Position numbers and translations under genes: made by a program. A stretch of DNA of 64,000 nucleotides from a virus. The stretch is from IMG/VR virus record IMGVR_UViG_3300025000_000084, positions 7,611-71,610 of that record. One strand, given 5' to 3'. Of this stretch, positions 1 through 11,400 are shown one piece after another; within the stretch, counting starts at the first letter, position 1, and each line of letters opens with the position of its first letter. Under the pieces are notes generated by a model, which ran no database searches, had not been told where the DNA came from, and saw only the letters and a list, made by a program, of their open reading frames with translations.

Positions 1-1
1 A

Positions 2-562
2 GCTTTAGCCATAGGTTCTTCACTCGTTTCCCTGTTCGGCTCGCTGAAGTCAGCGCAAGCGAATGAGAAATACGATAACTACCTCAACAAGAGGGAAACA
101 GACCTCGATAACTGGTACAACAAAGAGTATAACACCAACTTCCTTGACACAACCCAGGGAAGATCCGCAGTCGGAGCACTCCGCACACAGTATGGTGAGA
201 CCATGAAACGTGTGAATCAAAATTCGGCAATTTCAGGAGCGTCTGATGAAGCGAAGGTGGCGGTAGGTGATAAGGTTCAGCGGGGCATGGCTGACCAGGT
301 ATCACGCATAGCGGGATACGGAACTGTATATAAGGACAATATTCGCCGCGAGTATCAAGGGCTTAAACATAATCTCCAGAATATGCAGCAAAATAATCTT
401 TTGCGCAAATCAGAAAATTGGTCAACGTTAATGGACAATTCTACTAAGGCGGGCATTGGTTTTGCCGAAGCAGATGCTAACGGAGCCTTTGATGGGGTAG
501 ACGGATGGCTTAAAAATCTCTTTGGAAAGATCAAGGTTGACCCAACTACTCTCGCAGGATAA
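2..562 (+). CDS. Probable internal virion/ejection protein, 5'-truncated by the window edge
   Basis: The frame of ORF 203..562 stays open back to position 2 (ALAIGSSLVSLFGSLKSAQANEKY...). It has a hydrophobic Gly/Ala/Ser start, a helical Q/N-rich body, and lies before two other ejection-type genes. Confidence 0.6.
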   Translation, partial: ALAIGSSLVSLFGSLKSAQANEKYDNYLNKRETDLDNWYNKEYNTNFLDTTQGRSAVGALRTQYGETMKRVNQNSAISGASDEAKVAVGDKVQRGMADQVSRIAGYGTVYKDNIRREYQGLKHNLQNMQQNNLLRKSENWSTLMDNSTKAGIGFAEADANGAFDGVDGWLKNLFGKIKVDPTTLAG

Positions 563-1260
563 TGAAAATATCCGGCATATATCAGATCAAGTCTTTATGC
601 AAGCCCGAGAGGATATACATCGGGAGTGCCGTTAATATCCATAGGAGATGGACTGTCCATCTATGTAACCTTAAAAGCAATATTCATCATTCTGGTAAAC
701 TTCAAAATCACTTCAATAAATACGGTAAGAATGACTTGGTATTTTCAGTATTAATAGGCTGCGATAAAGAAGATTTGATTTCGACAGAGCAATACTTTCT
801 TGATTTATATAAACCGTATTTCAATAATTGTATGATTGCGGGAAGTTGCATAGGTATTAAGCATTCCGAAGAGACAAAAAGCAAAATAAGTGCGGCTAAT
901 AAGGGTAAAATTCTTTCAGAAGTGACTCGCAAAAGAATGAGTGAGGCCGGGAAGAACAAGTCAGAGGAAACCAAAAGAAGAATAGGCGATGCGGTAAGAA
1001 GAAGGCCTCCTGTTTCTGAGGAGACTAAAAGGAGAATTAGTTTGGCTAAGAAGGGGAAAAAGATATCTGAGGAAACCAGAATAAAAAGAATTGAGACGCG
1101 AGGCCCCATATCAGATGAGACAAGGGAAAGAATGAGTGAAGCGAGCAAAGGGAGAATAGTATCTAAGGAAACACGAAGAAAGCACAGTGAGGCAATGAAA
1201 GGAAATAGATATGGGGTAAGAGCCAAACCTAAAATTGAACTTGAGTTAAATCTTAATTAA
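562..1260 (+). CDS. Free-standing GIY-YIG homing endonuclease with NUMOD3 repeats
   Basis: GIYQI...IYIGSAVN motif, repeated SEET(K/R)x(K/R)(I/M)S units, TAATG overlap with the upstream gene. Confidence 0.9.
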   Translation: MKISGIYQIKSLCKPERIYIGSAVNIHRRWTVHLCNLKSNIHHSGKLQNHFNKYGKNDLVFSVLIGCDKEDLISTEQYFLDLYKPYFNNCMIAGSCIGIKHSEETKSKISAANKGKILSEVTRKRMSEAGKNKSEETKRRIGDAVRRRPPVSEETKRRISLAKKGKKISEETRIKRIETRGPISDETRERMSEASKGRIVSKETRRKHSEAMKGNRYGVRAKPKIELELNLN

Positions 1261-1266
1261 TATACC

Positions 1267-2487
1267 ATGCCTACCACAAACTATCTCGAGGAAGGACCTG
1301 ACTCCGCAATATTCCCATACGAGCAACTCAAAGAGGAAGAGGAGGCCAAGAAGAAGCAGCTGCAGGACTCGCAGAAAAAAATCCAGCGCACAAACAGCGT
1401 TGGTGAAGCCTTCCGGCTATTGATTGACTCCGCTGGTGGATCCAAAGGTGCAACCATCAGACCCCGCGATGTGAACCCGGGAACTATGAAGGCATCGGAG
1501 AAAATGTATCAGATAGAGAGAGACAGCGATGCGGACATGGACCGGCTCCGTCTTATGGACCTTCAGAACAAACAGAATGACCTTCGCTATAACCAAGGAC
1601 TTGCAGCAGAGGCCAGGGGTAATGAGCGCGAGGATGCAAAGATAGCAGGGCAGAGAGAGTGGGAAGAAAAGAAGATCAGCGGGGAGAGAGAGTGGAGGGA
1701 AGGTCAGGCCGAGGAAGAGTTTGGTCGTGAGAAAGAGATGGCGGGAGAACGCGAGAAATCAGCCATGAGGATTGATACTCACCAGACCAACGAGGATATC
1801 CGTAAGGCGCTGGCAGTAGATAAGGCAGAGCAGAGCAAGAACCCGTACCTCAAGCGTTACGCAACCATGTACGGGAACAAATCACCGTTTCTGGTCATCC
1901 CGGACACCGAGCAAGGGACAGACATTCCCCTGGGTGACGGAGATGCCATACAGGTCCTCAAGTGGATGCGGAGCGATCCGGCCATCAGTCAGTATGACAA
2001 AATGCAGATTGATCCCAAGGACCTGAGCAATAATCTCAAGTTTAAGAACCTTGTAGTCCAGAATTGGGACCGTTACAAGGACCTAGTGCGCAAACTTGCC
2101 TCCGGGCAGGCCATCAGCCCCGAGGAGGAGAAGGGAATCATCACCCGGGGAGAGAGAATGATAAGACAAACCGAATACGATACACGGCTCAAGGGAGTCG
2201 AGGCCATCCGCAATGATAAGAAGCGCGAGAGAGCTATGCAGGGATTGCAGGCAGAGTACCCCGATCTCCGTCAGCAAGAGCTCGAGGCAAGTCAGGCAGC
2301 CTCACAGCCTGCCGGACAGATATCCCTCAAGCCGGACCAGAGTGCAACCATTGATCAGGTCATCAATGCCACGGCCTCTCCCGAGCAGAAGCGGTCAGCT
2401 GTCTTTGGCTACCTGGTAAAGCAGGGCTATGACCAGACCGCAGCCAAGGAGTTCGCCGAGTTTGTCTATCAGAACTTAAATAACTGA
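1267..2487 (+). CDS. Probable internal virion/ejection protein
   Basis: 406 aa, charged and coiled-coil-like, directly upstream of the giant protein. Function inferred from position. Confidence 0.5.
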   Translation: MPTTNYLEEGPDSAIFPYEQLKEEEEAKKKQLQDSQKKIQRTNSVGEAFRLLIDSAGGSKGATIRPRDVNPGTMKASEKMYQIERDSDADMDRLRLMDLQNKQNDLRYNQGLAAEARGNEREDAKIAGQREWEEKKISGEREWREGQAEEEFGREKEMAGEREKSAMRIDTHQTNEDIRKALAVDKAEQSKNPYLKRYATMYGNKSPFLVIPDTEQGTDIPLGDGDAIQVLKWMRSDPAISQYDKMQIDPKDLSNNLKFKNLVVQNWDRYKDLVRKLASGQAISPEEEKGIITRGERMIRQTEYDTRLKGVEAIRNDKKRERAMQGLQAEYPDLRQQELEASQAASQPAGQISLKPDQSATIDQVINATASPEQKRSAVFGYLVKQGYDQTAAKEFAEFVYQNLNN

Positions 2488-2489
2488 CC

Positions 2490-5400
2490 ATGACTGAAGG
2501 GAATAAGCCTAAGAAGGTCCTGTCAACAGACGATCTACTCAAGAGATACAATGCACAGACACCCGCCAAGCCGGTTAATGCCGGCAAGGGCCTCGATCCC
2601 TGGGGCTCTGAGCTCGTTGATATAGACCAGCTGTTAGGCGTAGCCCCGCAGTCAAGACCAGTAGGAGAGTTTAAGAAAACCGCACTTCCTCAATCAGACG
2701 AGGACTTGTTTCAGGCATGGATGGCCGGGGAACAGGATAATGATGAGTATGACTATCGTGGTTTTTATCAATCTGAAAGGGCGGGAGGGAGCTTAAAGCC
2801 AACCATCAATGATTACGTTAAGGAAGATCCAAACTATCACTTTTACTCGATTGGTGTTGATGGTAAAGTTCTGAAATCACCGAAACACAAAACCTTTGAT
2901 AAGACCATTGCGGCTGAAAAGGCCCTGGGTAACGAGCTTTATACAGATGAGAATGGAGATTTAAGGACCCGAAAGGCACAGCCTCCGCAAGGGGAGCAGG
3001 ATGATTGGATAAATGCCAACCGCGAAGAATGGGAGGCAGAGTGGGCCGATAAGAACATCTTCGAGAAGATAGGAACAGGCATAGAGCGCGGAGGTAAGCA
3101 GCTCAAAGGCGGTATGCAGAAGTTCGGTGCCGAGATCATGCCAAAGATAGGCGCGATAGGTGAGAGAATGTCCGGCGGTGCCTACACAGCGGATGACATC
3201 ATTGATGCAATGACCCCTATGCGCCAGAAAGGGGAGCAGAAACTTGATGAGGCCGGTGCCATACAGGGTAAAGGGCTTGCCTTTGAGTTCGGCACGTTCA
3301 TTCCACAGATGGCCGGGACCTTTGCAGCCCTGGCAGCTGCACCATTCTCCGGAGGAACATCTGCAAGCGCCATCCCGGGCATACTCGGTACGGCAAACAT
3401 TGGCGCTCTCACCAGCTCGGTAGTGGGTAGTACCCTCTATGAGGTTGAGAAATACAGCGAGGAGACCGGTAAAGAGATCTCAGAGGCAAAGAAATGGTCC
3501 GTTGCACTATTGGCCGGTACCGCGGAATTCGCTGCAGAGAAAATCCGTCTTGATCGCTTCCTCCCCAAGGGGATGACAAGCAAGATCCTCACTCGCACCA
3601 TGAAGGAGAGCCCCGAGGTAGCTGAGAGCATGATGCAGCAGTGGGCCAAAGCTCGTCCTGCCATGTATCAGAAGTTGCTACAGCTGGGCAAGACTACCTT
3701 CCGAAACTCCAAAGAGGAAGGGATAGAAGAGTTATGGACCCAGATAGCACAGGATTACGCCAATTACCTGTACCAGGATCCGGAGGACAGGATGGGATTC
3801 CAGCAGATCATGCTCAATGCCCTTAATGCAGCCAAGGGCGGTGCCATGATGGGCGGGTTTATCGGTCCGGCAAGCTACGGATCCAGCCAGCTCACCACAA
3901 ACATGATGCGCAAGCGCAAGGGAGGAGTATCATTGGTGCAAACCAGCGATGGCAAGGTCTATGAAGCCCTGGGACAGAGCAAGGATGGCGAGATTTATGT
4001 GCAGAATGCCGTTGGCAAGCAGTCAACGATCAGCAAAAAGAACGTTAAGGACCAGGTAACGCTCACCAACGAGCAGATGAAGGAGTACCTCGATGCCTAC
4101 GACCAGGGCAGCGCAGCACTCCCGGAGCTTGAGGCACGGATAGCCAATGACCCAGAGACACAGATACGGGAGCTGGGGAAGAAATACACCTTCCTGGGCT
4201 ACTCAGAGCAGGAACCACAGACAAACAGCATTCGGTTTGGGGAACTAAGGGACGGCCGCATGGTCATTCTCACCTCTGTCAATGAGGCCGAGAACGAGGA
4301 CCAGATGGTTTACACTGCCAAAGATGCAGAGAATCCAGAGGCAGCTCCGTTTATGGTCAAGGGCAATGATGTCATTAACAGAAAGTCTGTCTCTTATGAG
4401 GAGTGGGTGGCAAATGAGCTCGCTCAGTACCAGGCCACCAAGCAGCAGATGGATGCAATGGTCACCAAGGCACAGGCACCTGTGCAGGAAGGCGAGACCA
4501 TACCCATTGGCGAGAGGCTCTTCAATGTCACAGAGGTCACAGACCAGGGCATCACTCTCAATGAGATAGACAAAGATGGCAATCTCACTGCCACAACCGA
4601 GGTTATCACCCCGGATAAGTACGGAGAGGTGTTCGGTATGCCGGAAGATCAGGGTGGTCAAGAAGGTGGTCAGGCTGGTGGTCAAGTGGAAGTAGCAGCA
4701 CAGCCGGCAGCTGAGGGAGGAATTCAGACAGACGAGAATCAGCCTCAAACAGGCCCCGTTGCAGCAACAGATCAGGGAATTCAAACGCCACAGGCCCAAC
4801 CCGAGGCCATCAAGTCCCGGAAGATATCAGACGGCAGCACCGAGTTCACCATCATGCCCGAGGAGGATGGCTCATTCCGCATGCAGGAGGTCTTTGACAC
4901 CCAGAAGAAGGCCGAATCAACCCTCAAGAAGCTGACCGAGCGTTATCCCAAGCTCACCTGGGAGATGCAGATGGTTGACTCCGGGGATCCTTTCACCCCG
5001 GATGAGTATGTCATCAAGGCCGCTGTCAAACAGGCCAAGAAAGAGGCTCCGGCAGCACCGGCAGAGGCACCAGCACCCGTAGCAGCCCCAACTATTGCAG
5101 AAACAGCACAGGTTGAGGTAGAAATAGAACAGAAACCGACAGAATCGGAACAAAAATCAGAGGTTGTAGCACAAGAAACCCCGGTAGAGGTCCAAGCGGA
5201 AGCACCAGCCCAGGAAGAAGTTGAGGCGCAACCGGCAGAAACAGTAGAGGTAACACCCGAAGAGAAAGCTCAGACTGACCTCATGCGAGCCAACCGCGAG
5301 GCCAATACCAGGCCCACGGAAGCACAGAAGGAGGCCGGCAACTACAAGAAGGGTCATATGAAGTTCGCAGGGTTTGATATCTCCATTGAGAACCCGGTCG

Positions 5401-8400
5401 GATCAGTGAGATCCGGCACCGATCCCTCCGGAAAGAAGTGGTCCATGCTTCTAAACAACTCCTATGGCTACTTCCGCAGGACCAAGGCAAAGGATGGTGA
5501 TCAGGTTGATGTGTTCTTGGGTGACAATCTCGCTGCACCGGATGTTTATATCGTTGACCAGGTGAACCCGGAGACCGGGACATTTGATGAACACAAGGTA
5601 ATGATGGGCTTTAACTCAGCCGAAGATGCCCGGGATAACTACCTTGCCAACTATGAACCGGGATGGAAAGGCATGGGATCCATCTCCAAGATGTCACTCG
5701 AAGGTTTCAAGAAGTGGTTGGGTAGTGGTACCAGGACCCGCAAGCCGGTTGACAGTAATGTGCCTGTCAAGGCCAAGGAAGAGCCAAAGGAAGCTGAATA
5801 CCCCAATCCAGAGATACCCCTTGAGGAAACCCTACCTAATGGCAGGGTAGTATATAACCAAGAAGGTGATAATGACCTTCAGGTTGTTGATACATACAAA
5901 AGAGTTGATGCCTTCAGAAAAAAACACAATACAATAGCATTGTGGCAGGCCAAAACAGGCGACGTGGTGCAGGATATATTTACAGGGGAGGTTTTCACAT
6001 TATCTAAGAAGGCCAGCGGCGGTATATCAAAACTGATTAGTGATGATGGTGTTGAGAAGAATATTAACAACAGCGATCCTCTCTTTATCAAGATTGAAAA
6101 GCCAACCAAGCAGCCAAAAGCAAAGAAGGCACCCGAACCAGCAGAGGATACCCGTCCGGTCAAGCAACTTACCAAGAAGAAAGGCTGGCCGATGTCAAAG
6201 GTTGATATAGCCAGACTCTCCCGGGAGCCGCAGTCATTTGAGGAGGCCGTATATCAATTCTTCATCAACAGAGGCCGCATATCAACAGCAAGACTCAAGC
6301 ACCACCTCGGCACCCGCAGCCGTAGCGATTACGCCTCATTCATCTGGGCTCACAAGAAAGACGGTCAGATGACCGACAAACTCAATGAGGCTCATATCTT
6401 CCAATCACACCCGGAGTTACTTACTCAAGTGGGTGACCAGCAGGACCAGGAGAGGGCATTCTTTGATATATTACTTTCAGTCACCGGCCTCAATGACATG
6501 AGGACCCGCATTGATGAGATGCAGAGTAAGGCTGACCATGCCACCGAGGACATGCCTCCACCGCCGGATGAAGATGCAGAAACAGCAGCACTGGATACCG
6601 GTCAGGTTATTACTGAAGAAATCCTGCCTTTAGTAGAGGGAGATCCAGATATTTTGCGTATATTTGAGGTCGAGATCAATGAGTTAGGTAAAACGCTCGA
6701 GGATCTTAAAGCACTTGCGGCCAGTGACCCTAATTATTTTCAAACGTTCCCCTACGGGCTCAATGAAAAGCAGTTTAACGAACTAAAAAGCATTCTCAAT
6801 GATACAGAAAGACAAAAGCAAATTAGTGGGCTGGCTGACCAGGTTGGTAACATTGAGAGCCGCAGCCAAGGGAACGACACCTTACCAGGAGTCCCTGTCA
6901 CTGAAAGCCGAGATGATGGAGAGGGCCGAGAAGAAGGAGTCCAGCCAACAGCCTCAGCAGAACCCGCAGAAGTAGCCAAGGCCCCCGAGTTTGCAGGGGA
7001 GCAGTTCAATATACCGGAAGAGACCCCGGAGCCCAAAACACAATCTGAGTTTGCGGGAGATTTTATCAAGAAACTCCCCGGGGATTTTCTTAAAGCCAGT
7101 GATGGATCTATTGATTTTGGATATATTAAGCCTGAAACAGGCCTAAAAGAGGCCCCTATAAGGCTTACTGTAGGTAACGATAGTCATGGACTGATTCATA
7201 TTGATAACCAGCACGGAGAGCAGATTAAGAAAGCAGGTTACAGAACCATCCAGGATTTCGTAGAGGAGGTTGCCAAGAATTATTCCGTTATTCGCTCCGG
7301 CTCGACCTATAACAATAAACCAACATATCTCTTAGAACTAACTGACGACAAGAACAGGACACTTATCGTAGAAATGTCCAAGAATGGGGAATATTGGAAC
7401 GTAAATTCGGCTGGGATATTCAGGAAGGAGTACTCAAAAAATAAAGAAGTTGTTTGGTCCTTACCCGCATTAGGAATCAAGCAGTCCGTTACTACTGATG
7501 AAGTTGCGTACCCGTCAGATGGCAAGAGCGGAGCTGACAAGGTTAGCGGGAACTCTCCACAAATAACTTCTTCTGAGGCCAAAGATACGAAAAAAATTGA
7601 TGAAAGTCAAGAGTCGCAGGAGAAAAAAACCGCGGAGTTCGCTGGGGAGATATTTGATAAGCCGGAGGAAACCGCTGAGATCATCAAACTCAGGGAGGAG
7701 AATACGGCCGCCAATGAGATAATAGAAAAGCGGATACAACGGCTAAGGGCTGAGAGGGATGCCAAGGAAGAGAGCCTTCAAAAGCGCAATGAACTATTTG
7801 GTGACCGCAAGGAGGAAGAGGAGAAGGCCGAGGGGATGCAGCCCATGTTCGCCGGTGATATCTTTAAGCCTACCTCCGAGAACCTTCAGACGGCACTCAA
7901 GCCATTCAATGATGGCATCAAGAAGGCAGAGGAGGAGATCGCTCGCAATAACCAGATCCTTGACGAGAAGATAGCCCTGGTACTCTCCGGGGCACAGATG
8001 ACCATTGACATGGAGGCGCCGGCTGAACCAGGTGAGAAGGCCGAGACTCCGAAGGAGGATGAACCGGATGCACTCAAGCTCGAGATGGTTGAATCAGTCA
8101 AACCCTCAGGTAAGATAGAGGATTTTGGAGAGAAGATATCGGGAGCAAAAAAAGAGATCCGTGGTCAGATTAAAAAGCATCTTGACACCACCAATGAGGA
8201 TATCCTCAATAATTCCATTTCGAAGACCCTGCCGCCGATTGACTATAAGCAGCTCATTGATAGTGGCGCCGCAACACGGGAGGAGGCAGCCTTCCTCCAG
8301 TATTTCCGCCACGAGATAGGCCCCAAGCCCAAGTCAACATACAAGCAACAGAGGTGGCTCCGTGGAGTGAATGCCTACAAGGATGTCCTGCGCTGGATAA

Positions 8401-11400
8401 CAGACAAAGAGACATTCAAGGCAGAGCATAAGGGTATGACATTCATGGAGTTGATGAATGACAATATGAATGACTATGCCGTTCAGCAGATGAAAGAGCA
8501 GGTGAGCCTGTTACTTGATCTCGGCTTCCCGGAGATCACATCACTGAAGGGCTATGAGTTAAGGCATTTCGAGGCCCGCAAAACTCTAAATAAGGACCGG
8601 CAGTTAGTTGATATGCCGGCTGTCTTTGCTATCACCAAGGGTAATATGATCGTTCATAAGTTCGACACCCGTGAGGAGGCCATTGCCGGACTGAAATATA
8701 TCCTCACCACAGATAGCGAGGCGCCGCAGAAGGTCAAGTTCGATATGTGGCGCGAGCGCAATAAGCCCGGGATATTCATTGGCAAGAAGCTGGCAGCGGG
8801 TAAGTTCATCACCCTGGCTCAGGGATTTGATAAGGTATCCGAGGCATCAGCATACGTTAAGAACCACCAGGAGGAGCTTGAGAGATTGCTCGAAGAGAAG
8901 AAGGTTATTCCATATGAGCGCCCTGAGGAGAGAGGCCCGAGAGTAGGGAAGGACTACCGGGGAGGTGATAACATTACCCCGGAGGTGTTCTCTGAGACCT
9001 TTGGTTTTCGGGGAGTGCAGTTCGGTAACTATGTAGAGCAGCTGCGCCGGCAAGAGGACCTTAATGAGGCCTATGATGCCCTCGTTGACCTGGCTGATGT
9101 AATTGGAGTACCACCGAGAGCTTTGAGTCTTTCAGGACAGCTTGGAGTGGCCTTTGGTGCCAGAGGCTCCGGAGGCAAGAATGCAGCTGCAGCACATTAC
9201 GAGCCACATGAGATAGTTATAAACCTCACCAAGGGTAACGGACCCGGCAGCTTTGCTCATGAGTGGTTTCATGCCGTTGACAGTTATTTCTCCCGTGCAA
9301 GAGGCCGTAAGATGGAGTTCATAACAGACCGGCCCCGTCCATTGATCAAACAGGACGGTAGTACCGATGAGTCCATCAGACCCGAGGTACTTGAAGCATT
9401 TGATGGTCTTGTCAAGGCAATCAATCAATCAAAACTCCCGCTGAGATCCCGCGAGCTCGACAAGCGAAGGTCAAAGGACTATTGGAGTACTACCATTGAG
9501 ATGGGAGCCAGGTCCTTTGAATCCTATGTACGGACACGGATGGCAGACAAAGAGACAAAGAACGACTACTTGGTTGCCTTCCGCGACATGGTTGACTATA
9601 TTGTTGCTGCCGGAGGCGCCGAGGATGCTTATCCCTACCCGACCGAGGCAGAGCTCGGGCCGATAGGAGAGGCGTTTGATAAACTATTTCAGACGATAAG
9701 CACTAAAGAAGAGGACGGCAGGACGGTGATGTTCCGCGTCATTGGCGAGAGAGGCGCAACACTTAATGATGTTCTCATTGACAACCTGGCAACTGCTAAA
9801 AAGATGGAGCCTGATCACTCACCCCGGGCGGTATTCCTTGCTACCGGATGGCAGAGAGGGGCAGATGGGTTGTGGAGGTATGAGACAAGGGATATTGAAC
9901 TGAAGAAAGATATTGACTTTATAGGTGAACTGAAACCTCAGAATGAGGCATTCACCGAAGAGATACCATTAACCGAGATTGTGGATGACGAAGAATTATT
10001 CAATTCTTATCCGCAGCTCAAAAATGTCAAACTAACATTCTACAACTATGGAAGCTACCCAGAACTCACAAACACAGGAGCTTTTGCGAATTTTACGCAG
10101 AAAATTATTGCTATCGGAACAAAGGACATGGCGAATGTTCATAAAAGCCAGTCGACCTTATTATCCAGAAACAGCAGAAGTAATACCAACGATGAAGCAG
10201 TTGATTTATTTGTTTATGATAGAGATAGTCTCCGCTCCGTCCTATCACATGAGCTGCAACACTATATCCAACGAATTGAAGGATTTGGAGAAGGTGGCAC
10301 GCTTCCAGGTAGAGGATCTGTCGGTCAGGGCGATTCTAAATACCAATATTCTCGCCTCGTTGGGGAAGTGGAAGCCAGAAATGTTCAGCGAAGGCTCGGC
10401 AGCACTCCAGAAGTACGCAGACAAACAATGCTATCCGAGACAGAAGACGTCGCCAGAGACCAACAAATAATTATCCGAAACAAGTACGATAATCAGGAGA
10501 ACAGGGGAATTGTCCCCAAGACTCCGCAACCTACCGGGTGGAATGCTCTTTCAGACCTACTCGAAGAGGATGACCGCCTTGACCGCGAGGCAGAGGTAAA
10601 GACCAGGATAAACCAACTGGCCAAGTCCCTTAATACCGATGTAGTTATCGTTCAGAACAGAGCAGCCCTACCCACGTCATTACAGGGAGCCGCCAAAAGA
10701 GTGGGACTTTGGGATTTCTCTACCCTGTATGGAATATGGGATCCGAATACGGACACAATGTACGTTATGATGGATGACCTGATGAAATCCGGGCCGCAGA
10801 ATGCTATAATTGAGGCAACCAAGACCGTGCTGCATGAGGCTATAGCTCATAAAGGACTGCCAGCCATGCTCGGTACGGAAGAATATATCAAGCTCCTCGA
10901 TGATATTTATGACAGTATCCCAAAGGCGGACAGGACTACTCTCGAGAATGACTATAACACAGAGGATAAGAGGACCATTGCACATGAATACCTGGGCATG
11001 ATGGCTGAGGATAATGTCAACCCCAACCTGTTCCAGCGCATACTTGCCAAAATTCGTGAGCTTATCCGTAAATTCTATAAGGTTGACTATACCGCAAATG
11101 ATATTCATAGCCTGCTGAGACAGAGCCGAAAGAACCTTGAGAGAGGACCGGAGGGGCAGTCGGGCTACTACCGCAGCCGCCCCGTTGCCATGGACTTTGA
11201 GTATGCCGGTGAATTCATGGAGGCATCACAGGCATCTTTACGAGCTCGCAAGGCAGCAGCAGCCAATGAGCCTCAGTTTGCCGGCCAGTACTTTGGCTCA
11301 CCGCTTGAGACTGCAGCCAAGGCCTATGCAGAGAAGAAGGCAGAGCGCACCGGCAAGGAGGTAGTGCAGGGGATCCGTGAGTACATACAGGACATGAGCC

